A stretch of DNA of 64,000 nt, taken from IMG/VR virus record IMGVR_UViG_3300009545_000018, positions 62,001-126,000 of that record. One strand, 5' to 3'. The position numbers were made by a program, and so were the translations under genes. Positions 1-10,217 of this stretch are shown here, piece by piece (position 1 is the first letter of the stretch; each line of letters opens with the position of its first letter). A model generated the notes under the pieces. That model was not told the DNA's origin and did not search any database. It was given only the letters and a program-made list of their open reading frames with translations.

Positions 1-108
1 ATTCAGATTTAGATCATAACAAAGCAATAAGTATAATGGAAAAGAAAAGCAATGTTGTGGTAACTAACAGACGAATTATTATAGAGCACGACACACTTAG
101 AGTAGCTA

Positions 109-516
109 ATGTCAACTAATATTTATATTATCATAGCGACTATTCTTTGGGGAGTGGGAGCCATTTTTACTAAGGTAGGCGCTAACAATTTACATCCTTT
201 AATGTTAGCATTAGTGGCAGAATTGTTCTATATAATATTTGTACCTTTAGGTATTTGGTTTACTAAAACTCCAATTCAAATGAACACTACGGGATTTATT
301 TTTGGATTTATTTCGGCGGCATGTGTTGGGGCAGGGTCCTTAGCTTATTACTTTGCTTTGCAGAAGGGTGCTGCGGGCACCATTGCAGCAGCAACAAGTG
401 TATACCCTGTGTTAACTTTAATTATTTCCGTTGCAATTTTAAACGAAGAAATAAGTTTAAGAAAAATAATTGGCTGCCTTCTTGCTATTATTTCTGTTAT
501 TATTATTTCAAAATGA
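109..516 (+). CDS. EamA/DMT family small membrane transporter
   Basis: 135 aa, 4-5 hydrophobic helices, YPVLTLIISVAILNEEIS EamA-like motif. Confidence 0.75.
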   Translation: MSTNIYIIIATILWGVGAIFTKVGANNLHPLMLALVAELFYIIFVPLGIWFTKTPIQMNTTGFIFGFISAACVGAGSLAYYFALQKGAAGTIAAATSVYPVLTLIISVAILNEEISLRKIIGCLLAIISVIIISK

Positions 517-830
517 AATGTCCTATTTGTCAGAAATTATTATTAACTAATATTAATGAAAAATGGTGTGAACAAACCGTTTTTACTAATGATAGTGCAA
601 ATTTACATTATGTAGTTTTTAATATTAAAAATAATAATATGGCTTTATTTTTTAAATATAAAGATCATTCATATGAATTTGACTATTTTTCTTCATCTCA
701 AAAAACAAATATAACATATTATATGGGCAAAACTACTCATGATAGTGATTTTTATTTAGGGGAAATGAAAAATCTAGAAGAACTCTATAAGGCAACACTT
801 AAGTATTTAAAAAACAAAGCATTCTTATGA
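513..830 (+). CDS. small CPxC protein with KAF C-terminal tag
   Basis: ATG at 513 (MKCPICQ) overlaps upstream stop; ends KNKAFL; longer track ORF start judged spurious. Confidence 0.7.
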   Translation: MKCPICQKLLLTNINEKWCEQTVFTNDSANLHYVVFNIKNNNMALFFKYKDHSYEFDYFSSSQKTNITYYMGKTTHDSDFYLGEMKNLEELYKATLKYLKNKAFL

Positions 831-1144
831 TAATGAAATGTCCCTTTTGTAAAGAAGAACTACAATTAGGTATAGAAATATATTTTTGTAATAATGATAA
901 ATTTATTTATCATGATGTAAGTTTTAATACAATAACAAAAGATATACATTTAGCATTTTTATCAGAAAATAAAGAAATAGAATATGAATTTGAATATCTT
1001 TCAGATAAAAAACTTGTAAGTCTATTTGTGTACTCTAACAATCCAGTTACAAGTTTTCTATCTTTAAATTTCGGGGAAATAAATTCTTTGGATGAATTTT
1101 ATACTAAAACAAAATCTTACGTCAAAAATATAGCATTTCAATGA
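827..1144 (+). CDS. small CPxC protein with KAF-like tag
   Basis: MKCPFC...KNIAFQ. Confidence 0.7.
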   Translation: MIMKCPFCKEELQLGIEIYFCNNDKFIYHDVSFNTITKDIHLAFLSENKEIEYEFEYLSDKKLVSLFVYSNNPVTSFLSLNFGEINSLDEFYTKTKSYVKNIAFQ

Positions 1145-1863
1145 TTGAACAATTAAAAACATTATACAACACTTCTCCTCTTGCTTCTAACTGGATTAAA
1201 GAAAATGAACCTGATCCAAATCTTATTTATAACAGTGGAGTTGGGCATCAAGTTAAGCAAGGAATAGCATTATCTAACTTAGTTAGGTTTGATTTAGATG
1301 AGCCTAGGGTGGCAGCCACTCATAGAAGTAAATCTTGCATACTTCCAGTCTTAATGTTTAAGGTTTGGCATTATGATAATGGAGGTGCCTTTTGCTTTAT
1401 AAGAGATAATTTTCATGATGTCAAGCTATCAGTAGTATCTGAGTTTCCTATTGATATTAATTATAATTATATACATCATGAAATGTCTCAAGAAGAATAT
1501 GATGCTGAAAAGAAACGCTGTATTGATTATGATAATAAAGGAACTCCCAGATTAACTGAAGATGAGAAATCTGGAGATGGTTGGATAAATGGTTGGTCCG
1601 GCAATAAAATTATCAGGAAAGATAATAAGATTTGGAAAGCCTATAACGTTAATGAAGTGTATTGTGAAGGCATTAATAGATTAAATTTGCCCAATGAAGT
1701 CTTTCGACCTTATGAAGAAGGTTATGATATGTTTACAATTGCGGCAGGATCTTTTGCACATGTTGCTTATTTATTTGAACATCTTCAAAACGAAATACAA
1801 CATAAGGTTTATTTAAAATTAAAACAAATTAGGGATCAAAATGATAATCTCAAAAGTATGTGA
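1141..1863 (+). CDS. hypothetical phage protein
   Basis: 240 aa ORF, translationally coupled. Confidence 0.6.
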   Translation: MIEQLKTLYNTSPLASNWIKENEPDPNLIYNSGVGHQVKQGIALSNLVRFDLDEPRVAATHRSKSCILPVLMFKVWHYDNGGAFCFIRDNFHDVKLSVVSEFPIDINYNYIHHEMSQEEYDAEKKRCIDYDNKGTPRLTEDEKSGDGWINGWSGNKIIRKDNKIWKAYNVNEVYCEGINRLNLPNEVFRPYEEGYDMFTIAAGSFAHVAYLFEHLQNEIQHKVYLKLKQIRDQNDNLKSM

Positions 1864-2326
1864 GAAAATTTCCAAAAGTTTGCCAGGTATAACTATTCGT
1901 TTGCCAAACCCTAAAACAAAAATTAAACAAGATTATTTAAGTCGTTTCTATTTTTTCTTAGCTGATCGAGATTTTGGAAACATATTCTTACATCACTTTC
2001 ATAGTTCAGATTTAGATGTAGGTGAAGGTGGATTTGGATTATTACATAATCATCCATTTTCCTGGTCATTATCATTTGTATTAGTCAATGGTTATTGGGA
2101 AGAAAGATTAAATCCAGACCAAACAGTTTCACGAAGATTTGTTAAACCATTTTCTTTTAACTTCCTATCTCGTAAAGATTTCCATCGGGTAGACTTAGTT
2201 GATGGTAAAAAAGCTTGGACTATATTTTTTACTGGTTCCCGTTCTAGTCGTGGCAGTTGGGGATTTTATGATAGGATAACTAAACAATATAAAGACTTTA
2301 CCACTTCACCTAATGCAATTAAATAA
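1841..2326 (+). CDS. cupin-fold protein
   Basis: LHHFHSSD..LHNHPFSW..FHRV motifs. Confidence 0.55.
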   Translation: MIISKVCEKISKSLPGITIRLPNPKTKIKQDYLSRFYFFLADRDFGNIFLHHFHSSDLDVGEGGFGLLHNHPFSWSLSFVLVNGYWEERLNPDQTVSRRFVKPFSFNFLSRKDFHRVDLVDGKKAWTIFFTGSRSSRGSWGFYDRITKQYKDFTTSPNAIK

Positions 2327-2337
2327 GGAAATATAAT

Positions 2338-2712
2338 ATGTCTACATCAAATTATAAAAGCAGATTATTAAATCCATTCTATCTAGGAATTTATAAGGAT
2401 AGTCGTGAAGATTATCTTACATATGTTGTTTATTTAAACGTCGCAACTGAAGAGGAACAAAAAGAGTTTAATGAAATATTTCGTGCTAAAGTATTAGCAG
2501 CATGGAATAAGCATATTAAGGATTGCGATAAACAAAGAGAAGAACATCAATCTCATATTGAACTTCAAAAGAAAGAAATTATTAAGTTAAGGCAACTTGG
2601 TCGTTTAGATATGGCGAATAAGCGTGAAGAGTTTGTTCTTCTTTTAGAAAAAAAAGAATTTCCAGGTTATACAACCTGGAGCTATAGATCGTTTGATTTA
2701 GGTTGGGATTAA
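2338..2712 (+). CDS. hypothetical protein
   Basis: ORF with AAGGA SD. Confidence 0.55.
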   Translation: MSTSNYKSRLLNPFYLGIYKDSREDYLTYVVYLNVATEEEQKEFNEIFRAKVLAAWNKHIKDCDKQREEHQSHIELQKKEIIKLRQLGRLDMANKREEFVLLLEKKEFPGYTTWSYRSFDLGWD

Positions 2713-2728
2713 TATATTTGAAATATAA

Positions 2729-3028
2729 ATGAACTGCCCCTTTTGTAAAAAATCTCTTATAAAAGAACCTGGCGGATATTTTTGTAAAAAAAACAAGACG
2801 CATGAATTTTCTATAGGTAACGATCCGTCTTCTGTAAATGATGAACCATATTGGCTTTTATATATTCATGAAGATAAAATTCAGATAGGGAAATATCCAA
2901 AGGGTAATTATATTACTTTTAGAAATAGAGATGGCTTTGGTGGAGAAATAATTAATATTGATCCATTTTCAATAAAAGATTCCCACTCAATTATTAATAA
3001 ATATAAAAAGTTAAAAGCCTTTTTATAA
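2729..3028 (+). CDS. small CPxC protein with KAF tag
   Basis: MNCPFC...KLKAFL. Confidence 0.7.
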   Translation: MNCPFCKKSLIKEPGGYFCKKNKTHEFSIGNDPSSVNDEPYWLLYIHEDKIQIGKYPKGNYITFRNRDGFGGEIINIDPFSIKDSHSIINKYKKLKAFL

Positions 3029-3040
3029 TCGTAATTATAT

Positions 3041-3343
3041 ATGACATTTAATATATGCCCACTTTGTCAATCTAAACTACCAGATAAGGGTGTAAGTTAT
3101 TATACTTGTTATGATAATAATCATGTTTATATTTATACTGGTGGTAATAAATGTTGGTATTTTAAAGATTGTAGAAAAAACATTAGAGTAGGTAAAGATC
3201 TATATAATTATTATATAGTTTTTGATAAAGTATCTTTTGGTAAAAATAATATGATAACATTACAACCTTTTAATGTTCAAGATTCTATGGAAATAATTGA
3301 TAAATTTTATGTTAGATATCAAAAGCTGAAAGCGTTCACTTAA
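3041..3343 (+). CDS. small CPxC protein with KAF tag
   Basis: ICPLC...KLKAFT. Confidence 0.7.
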   Translation: MTFNICPLCQSKLPDKGVSYYTCYDNNHVYIYTGGNKCWYFKDCRKNIRVGKDLYNYYIVFDKVSFGKNNMITLQPFNVQDSMEIIDKFYVRYQKLKAFT

Positions 3344-3354
3344 TAAAGGAATTC

Positions 3355-4089
3355 ATGAATTTTAAATCACTACTATCTAATAAATGGTTTTTAGCCGCAA
3401 CATTTTTCTTAATTTATACTTGGCTAATAAACTGGAAGTTTACCATAGTATTAATGTGTTCTATTGGCTTCCATGAGTCTGGTCACTTATGGGCAGCTAA
3501 TAAAAAAGGTTTATCCACTGGTGGTTTTGTTTTTATTCCATTTTTGGGAGGCTTAGCTGCCATCACAGAAAATTATAAAACTTTTGCACAACAAGCCTAT
3601 ATTGCTATCATGGGTCCTATTTGGGGATTAACTTTAGCAACTATAACAATGTTATTAGGAATTAGTCTGTCTAATAGTTTTTTAACAATTACTGCTACTT
3701 GGATGGGAATTTTTAATTTATTTAACTTAATACCCGTAACCTTTTTAGATGGCGGACAAATATTAAAAACAATTGTACTTTCTCTTTCAAAGATTTATGG
3801 ATTTACAATAATAAACTATTTAACAATAGTGACTGCTGGAATATTCTTTTATTATATTCATTCCCCTTTAATTATCTTTGCCACTATTATTTCAGTTCTA
3901 CAAAATATAGTTGAAGCTAAACAATATTTAAAGTCTAAGTCTTCTTTACCTAGAGATCTAACTAATAACCAGATGATTAAAACTATAATAAGTTATGTGT
4001 CAACAATAATACTATTAGTTATTATTATATGTATTGGGTTTACATATACTCATATATTTACTGGTCATTATAGCTTTATTGTTAAATAG
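3355..4089 (+). CDS. M50 (site-2) family intramembrane zinc metalloprotease
   Basis: HESGH zincin motif, NLIPVTFLDGG motif, multiple TM helices. Confidence 0.85.
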   Translation: MNFKSLLSNKWFLAATFFLIYTWLINWKFTIVLMCSIGFHESGHLWAANKKGLSTGGFVFIPFLGGLAAITENYKTFAQQAYIAIMGPIWGLTLATITMLLGISLSNSFLTITATWMGIFNLFNLIPVTFLDGGQILKTIVLSLSKIYGFTIINYLTIVTAGIFFYYIHSPLIIFATIISVLQNIVEAKQYLKSKSSLPRDLTNNQMIKTIISYVSTIILLVIIICIGFTYTHIFTGHYSFIVK

Positions 4090-4286
4090 GTTTGAAGCTA
4101 TGAGTTAACTTATATATATGCTACTCCCCTATAGATCCCCTCAACAGATGTCGAGAAAAAGTTCGTTTAATTTTTAATAATTGATTATTTAAAGTTTAAA
4201 ATATCATACCCTCAACTTGTCTCGTAGCCGCAGATATAGTACGTAACAATAATATAAATTAGTTTATAATTAGTAATAAGGTAAAA

Positions 4287-5456
4287 ATGTCTATTGCAGA
4301 TCTCTTAAATAAAAAGGTTCGTCTCTTCGTATTTGCCACAGGAGCGGGGGCAGGAGCCCAGAAAACATTATGGGACATTCCTGGATGTTCAAGTTTTCTT
4401 GTAGGAGCTGGATTTACATATGATACTAAACTTACCTCTAAGATAATTGGATATACTCCAAAGCAATTTGCTAGTTTAGATACAGCCGCTGAATTAGCTA
4501 TGGCAGCTTATATGGAAGCATATGATCCCACTCTTAAAGATCATGATACAATTGGTATTGGTCTTTCAGCTTCTGTAGCATCAACTGTTGCACATAAGGG
4601 TGATCATAGAATACATTTAGTTGCAATTAGTAATAAAAAAGTTTATACTATTTCCTTTATTGTTAATAAAGGAACTGGTGAGCCTCAGAGAAAAAATGAT
4701 GGTGAGATTGCTGATCGTCTTATTATAGAAACTATAAAGGGCATTACTAATGTAAATGGATTAAGTGGTTTGGATTCATTTAAATATATGTATAGTGGTT
4801 CTTGTTATGTTTCTAACATAGTAAGTGATGAAAATTCTAGTATAGTTAAAGATTTATTATTACAACGTCCCTTCTTTAAATCTGATGGAACTAAATGTTC
4901 AACCAAAGATTTTTTTGGAGAGGTGACAGAATACCCAAATTATATTTTTTATCCTGGTAGTTTTAATCCGCTGCATCATGGACATTTAAATGCGGCGAAA
5001 CAATCATATAAGACAGCAGTTCATTTAAATGATAATGTTGAAGGTGTAATATTTACTACTTGTATTAATCCAAAACATAAAGCAGAACCAACAGTTCCAG
5101 AGTTACTACAGCGTATTAAACAGATGCGAGGACATAATTTTCTACTTACAATGGATGACCCACTCTTTATTGATAAAGCAAAGATGTTTCCAGGGTCTAT
5201 GATTACTATTGGAACTGATGTATTATTATCTTTGTTTGACCCTAAGTGGGGAGTTGATGCAGTAGAAATGCTAGAAATATTTAGGGAAAACAATGTTCGG
5301 TTTCTAGTGCAGGGGCGTTTAGTTGATGATAAATTTGTTTCTTTGCGAAATGTTCGAGATCAAAATAAATTAATGCAAGATAATAAATACTATAAATTAT
5401 TTGCGCATGTAGAAGGTAGGGTTGATATTTCTTCTACTGAACTTAGAAATAAATGA
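4287..5456 (+). CDS. CinA-like / NMN adenylyltransferase-like fusion
   Basis: C-terminal PGSFNPLHHGH (HIGH) and ISSTELR; N-terminal CinA-like region. Confidence 0.7.
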   Translation: MSIADLLNKKVRLFVFATGAGAGAQKTLWDIPGCSSFLVGAGFTYDTKLTSKIIGYTPKQFASLDTAAELAMAAYMEAYDPTLKDHDTIGIGLSASVASTVAHKGDHRIHLVAISNKKVYTISFIVNKGTGEPQRKNDGEIADRLIIETIKGITNVNGLSGLDSFKYMYSGSCYVSNIVSDENSSIVKDLLLQRPFFKSDGTKCSTKDFFGEVTEYPNYIFYPGSFNPLHHGHLNAAKQSYKTAVHLNDNVEGVIFTTCINPKHKAEPTVPELLQRIKQMRGHNFLLTMDDPLFIDKAKMFPGSMITIGTDVLLSLFDPKWGVDAVEMLEIFRENNVRFLVQGRLVDDKFVSLRNVRDQNKLMQDNKYYKLFAHVEGRVDISSTELRNK

Positions 5457-5791
5457 CAGATAATCCAGAAATAGATGAGTATGGAATTAAGCGATGGTTT
5501 AATGAAAATGGTGAGTTACATCGTTTAGATGGTCCTGCAGTAATTGGACATGGATATGAAAGTTGGTATGTTAATGGAAAAAGACATCGAGATAATGGTC
5601 CGGCAGTAAGCATTGTTTATGAAGATGGAGTTCTTTGCCAAGAATGGTATATAAATAATCTTCTACATAGATTAGATGGTCCCGCAATTATTGATGAATA
5701 TGGTCCGGCTTGGTATGTAAATGACAATAAAATTGAATGCTCCTCTCAAGAAGAATTTAAAAAGTTACTTAAATTGAAAGCCTTTTGGTAA
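5453..5791 (+). CDS. HRLDGPA-repeat protein with KAF tag
   Basis: three HRxDGPA-like repeats; ends KLKAFW. Confidence 0.75.
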   Translation: MTDNPEIDEYGIKRWFNENGELHRLDGPAVIGHGYESWYVNGKRHRDNGPAVSIVYEDGVLCQEWYINNLLHRLDGPAIIDEYGPAWYVNDNKIECSSQEEFKKLLKLKAFW

Positions 5792-6030
5792 TGAAAGATT
5801 GGAATGAAAAAGCCGCCAAGAAATGGCTCTACCTTGCGGCTATGGATATAATTTCTGATGGATTATATGCTGAAGGTGGAGAATTAATTTATTATTATAA
5901 ATTTAATAAGAAAACAATATCTAGAGAATATTTTATCTTTATTATTAAAGATGTTCTTAGTTGGGACCATGATATGATAGAAGATGCAATAGAAGAAGTA
6001 AGAAAGTTAGCTTTATCAGCCTTTATTTAA
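5785..6030 (+). CDS. hypothetical protein, AF-type C-terminus
   Basis: ends ALSAFI. Confidence 0.55.
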   Translation: MVMKDWNEKAAKKWLYLAAMDIISDGLYAEGGELIYYYKFNKKTISREYFIFIIKDVLSWDHDMIEDAIEEVRKLALSAFI

Positions 6031-6031
6031 T

Positions 6032-6217
6032 ATGGAAAAGCAATCAATATATCCTTGTCCTATTTGTCAACAACCAATGACAATTATTGGGCTTAATAAT
6101 AAAAATAAAAAGATTGCAAGTTGTGGGCACGTTTTTTCATTTAGAAAAACCAAATCAGCCAAGATGCTAGATCGTAAATACATTCAAACACCATTTGGGC
6201 TAGAATTACGAAAGTAA
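6032..6217 (+). CDS. small Zn-ribbon protein
   Basis: CPIC...CGH. Confidence 0.55.
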   Translation: MEKQSIYPCPICQQPMTIIGLNNKNKKIASCGHVFSFRKTKSAKMLDRKYIQTPFGLELRK

Positions 6218-6281
6218 TTTTTAAATTTGACAAACGCCAAATCATGGCAATCTTTCGGGCTCAACATACAGGGAATTAATT

Positions 6282-6608
6282 ATGAAGCATAGTAAAACAA
6301 TAAATTTGATTTTCATTAATGCATTAGCAGCATCTATTTTGGGTTGTAGTAGCTCTGAAGAAGTTAAGCACTGTGTTGATGAAAATGGTGTTGTAATTGA
6401 TGAGTCTAATTGTGATCAAGGCAACCCTCATTACAGCCCACATTTTCGTTGGTACTATGGTGGCGGATTATTTAATAGGGGTTCTAGAGTATCAGGTGGA
6501 GGATATCATCCTCTTTCTGGTCATAGTTATTCCAGCCCTTCTCATGGCTCATCTTCAATTACTCGTGGTGGATTTGGTAGCCTTGGTCATGTTAGTTCTG
6601 GTGGATAA
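6282..6608 (+). CDS. YgiB/DUF1190-like lipoprotein
   Basis: lipobox ILGC, Gly/Ser-rich tail ending RGGFG, directly upstream of GspS-family gene. Confidence 0.65.
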   Translation: MKHSKTINLIFINALAASILGCSSSEEVKHCVDENGVVIDESNCDQGNPHYSPHFRWYYGGGLFNRGSRVSGGGYHPLSGHSYSSPSHGSSSITRGGFGSLGHVSSGG

Positions 6609-6610
6609 TT

Positions 6611-7753
6611 ATGCAAAGAAAAAGTATTACAGCACGTTCTAATTGGGAAAAAACTGTTGAGTCACAGGGGTTTCTTTTTCATTCAGTAGAGGGACAACCA
6701 TATTGGGACGAGTCTCATTACTATGAGTTTACTTCGTCCGAAGTAGATGAATTAGAAAAAGCCACCAATAATTTGCATGAGTTATGTTTAAATGCAGTTC
6801 AGCACGTTATTGATAATAATTTATATTCTAAATTATTTATTCCACAACATGCCATACCATTAATTGAATCCTCTTGGAATAATGAGACTCCTGCTATTTA
6901 TGGTAGGTTTGATTTATCTTATGATGGTAAGTCTTCTCCGAAGATGTTGGAATATAATGCTGATACGCCTACTTCTCTATTAGAATCAGCAGTTATTCAA
7001 TGGTATTGGTTGAAAGATCAGTTTCCTTCTTGTGATCAATTTAATTCCATCCACGAAAGATTAGTAAGTAAGTGGAAAGAATTAGGAGATTATTTAAATC
7101 CTGGACCATTATATTTAACTGGACTTGATATGATTGAGGATTATATGAATCTTCAATATATGGCAGAGACCGCCAAGCAAGCAGGATTAGAAACTAAAGA
7201 CATTAATATTGTTGATGTTGGTTGGGATTCTAAAGATAAAAAGTTTGTTGATAATGAATTTTATTCAATCACTAATGTCTTTAAATTGTATCCTTGGGAA
7301 TGGTTATTGAATGAAGAGTTTGGTAAAAACATAGGCGAATGTTTTGATAAGACTTGTTGGATTGAACCCCCATGGAAAATGATTTTATCCAACAAAGGAA
7401 TTCTTCCTATCTTATGGCAACTAAATCCTAATCATCCTAATCTATTACCGGCATTTTTTGATGATAAAAGTGTCTTGTTGAATAAGAGTTTAGTTAAAAA
7501 GCCGTTTTATTCTAGAGAAGGTGCTAACATTTCCATTGAAGAAAATGGGAAAATCATATCCAGTTCTGATGGTGAGTATGGAGAAGAAGGATTTATTTAC
7601 CAGAAGTTTGCCCCATTACCTAACTTTGATGGCAATCACCCTATGATTGGATCATGGGTTATTGATGGAGTATCTGCCGGAATTGGTATTCGAGAAGATA
7701 ATAGTTTGATTACAGGCAACCTTAGTAGATTTGTGCCACATATATTTAAATAA
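6611..7753 (+). CDS. glutathionylspermidine synthase family ATP-grasp ligase (YgiC-like)
   Basis: YGRFDLSYDG, EYNADTPTSLLE, SREGANI, GIGIRED motifs. Confidence 0.92.
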   Translation: MQRKSITARSNWEKTVESQGFLFHSVEGQPYWDESHYYEFTSSEVDELEKATNNLHELCLNAVQHVIDNNLYSKLFIPQHAIPLIESSWNNETPAIYGRFDLSYDGKSSPKMLEYNADTPTSLLESAVIQWYWLKDQFPSCDQFNSIHERLVSKWKELGDYLNPGPLYLTGLDMIEDYMNLQYMAETAKQAGLETKDINIVDVGWDSKDKKFVDNEFYSITNVFKLYPWEWLLNEEFGKNIGECFDKTCWIEPPWKMILSNKGILPILWQLNPNHPNLLPAFFDDKSVLLNKSLVKKPFYSREGANISIEENGKIISSSDGEYGEEGFIYQKFAPLPNFDGNHPMIGSWVIDGVSAGIGIREDNSLITGNLSRFVPHIFK

Positions 7754-7771
7754 TTATAGAAAGAAAATAAT

Positions 7772-8215
7772 ATGAAAAAAGATTTAGTAAAATCAATAAA
7801 ATCCATTTTAAGTAACGGTCAGCCTATGAAACTTATTAATATTTATAATAAGATTGTTGATGAGGGTGATGTAACTTCGCCTAACACATATATGTCAACT
7901 TATCTTGCATTAAGAGAAAATATTCATCTATTTGAAAAAGTATCTAAAGGCTATTACAAAATTAGAGATGAAAAAGAAACTAAAGCTTTTTTGCAATTGA
8001 AAAAAGATCCTGAAGAAGCTTTAGATGAGATATACGATTTTGTTAGCAAAAATCCAAACAAAACACCAACAGCTATCCATCAAGCTATTAATAATAGTGG
8101 AACCTATATTAGTTATAAGTCGGTTTGTCATCATTTAAGAAAAAATTGCTTTACAAGCAAGCTAGATAAAGTAAAAATTAATAAATATACTAGTGTTTAT
8201 TCTACTGAAGAATAA
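7772..8215 (+). CDS. putative winged-helix DNA-binding protein
   Basis: two HARE/wHTH-like segments; weak. Confidence 0.4.
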   Translation: MKKDLVKSIKSILSNGQPMKLINIYNKIVDEGDVTSPNTYMSTYLALRENIHLFEKVSKGYYKIRDEKETKAFLQLKKDPEEALDEIYDFVSKNPNKTPTAIHQAINNSGTYISYKSVCHHLRKNCFTSKLDKVKINKYTSVYSTEE

Positions 8216-8216
8216 T

Positions 8217-9715
8217 ATGTCTTTAGATAAAGTTTATCGTATAAAGTCTGTAAGAGAATACAATAGTTACGGTAGTAGTAAAAAATTTAAATTTAAAATA
8301 CAAAGAAGAGTAAAATTTTTATTTATATCCATTTGGGTAGATGAGTTATCAGACACTTATGATACAATTCAAACAGCAGAAAATTATCTCAAATCTTATT
8401 TAGAAGATAAACATTTTATTAAATACTTTTGTATTATAAGTAATTTTTCTGTTTTTGATGGCGAGACTTTAGTTGAATTAGAAAAGAAAACTAAATTAAA
8501 GGCATTTCTATAATGTACAGAATAGTCTGGGATCCTGAATATCATTATATTATACAAAAAAGATTTTTATATTTCTTTTGGTATACAATACGATATGATG
8601 GTGCATTATGTATTTCTTATTCGAAAAGAGAGCATGCAGAAGAAGTTTTAGAAAAATATATTGATAAAAAGAACTTGCAAAAATCTGGAATAAATCCAGA
8701 TATAAAATATTATTTAAATAGTAATAATAAATTGTTATCTGGAGATACTATTAATGAAGTAAATAAAAAGAGTAAGTTAAAGGCATTTTTATAATGTATA
8801 GAATTAGTTATCATCGAGTATATAAATTTATAATAGAAAGAAGATTTTTATATTTTTTCTGGATTATAATACGAGATCAAGAAGGGAATTTTGGCTGGAA
8901 TTACCCTACAAAAGAAGAGGCAGAAAAGGATCTACAAAAGTATTTAGATTTTAAAGCTACTAAAACAGATACTAATGTAAGTTATTATATGTTTCACAAT
9001 AGTAAGTTGCTCTCTGGCACTTCAGTTAAGGAAGTAAAGAAAAAACGTAAATTAATAGGATTTTTGTGATAGCAACCAGTTCTTCTAAAGAAGTTTGTAT
9101 TTATAAAGCTTTTGAGTGTAAATCATTATTAGAGTTTATGTTTTGTCTTAAGGAAGAATTAGTTCGTGGAATAACTTTTATATCATGCCTTAGAAATCAA
9201 GTCTCATGTGACTCAGAATTAGATGCCATATTAAGTAATGATCATTTTTACCATGTTACAGAAGATGGGGTGGCATATTCAATATTAGATTATAATTATT
9301 ATAACGGTTTTCTTTATAAAGAAATTCGACTATTAAATACTGATAAATTCTATCAATTTATTAAGGATAATGCTGATCGAATCGATAAGCTATATAAAAT
9401 GAAAGCTTTTATATGAACACCAAAAATATAGTTGAAGCAAAGTCTATGATAGAGTGGTTGTGTTTAATTGCACATGAATTTATTAATAATAAAGATTTAA
9501 CGATAGATACAGGGCTTATTGATTTGTTATATCCTAAATATTATTATATAGAATCAAATGATAAGATCATAGCAATACCAAAAAAGCTTCATAATTGGAA
9601 GAGCATTAAAGATTTTGGGTTAGATATTTCCGATGCGGAATATGATTTAATTGCATTTATTGCTCGTAATTGTGAAAAGCTAGATAAGATTTATAAATTG
9701 AAAGCCTTCATTTAA
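8217..9715 (+). CDS. array of five small KAF-tag proteins (8217-8513, 8513-8794, 8794-9069, 9066-9416, 9413-9715)
   Basis: overlapping start/stop codons; C-termini KLKAFL, KLKAFL, KLIGFL, KMKAFI, KLKAFI; first three share IQ/ERRFLYFFW-like motif. Confidence 0.75.
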
Positions 9716-9785
9716 TAATTTATTTTTATAAAATGTCCCATCATTTGACGGCAGTAATTGGATAATTACAACATATTAATGTTTT

Positions 9786-9861
9786 GCCTTCGTAGCTTAA
9801 TGGATAAAGTGCGATTTTTCTAAATTCGAAGATATAGGTTCGAGTCCTATCGAAGGTACCA
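9786..9861 (+). tRNA. tRNA-Arg(TCT)
   Basis: full cloverleaf, loop TT-TCT-AA, TTCGAGT T-loop, ends ACCA. Confidence 0.9.
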
Positions 9862-9862
9862 A

Positions 9863-10087
9863 ATGAATTATGATGAAGCTTTTTTAAAGTTTAAAGAACA
9901 ATATTCATCTCATCCTCGTGTGATGAAAATCATGATGGAACAATTTGGAGGAGATGAATTTTGTGTACTTTATCATGACAAGCATGATACATCTTCACCC
10001 ATTTCAGTAACCTCGTATGAGGGGTTTCCAGACTACTTTCGATCCATTAGTCAGCAAATTGCTGAATATGAGATAGGATTATTATAA
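9863..10087 (+). CDS. hypothetical protein
   Basis: 74 aa ORF directly after tRNA. Confidence 0.5.
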   Translation: MNYDEAFLKFKEQYSSHPRVMKIMMEQFGGDEFCVLYHDKHDTSSPISVTSYEGFPDYFRSISQQIAEYEIGLL

Positions 10088-10217
10088 TGCCTTTTCACTT
10101 TTGTATTGATGAAGCTATGATGATAATGGCAATGATTCCTTTTATAGGAATTTATTTTAAAAAACTTCACCTTTGGTATCATACCAAAGTAAAACATCGC
10201 AGTCATGATGGTCCCAA

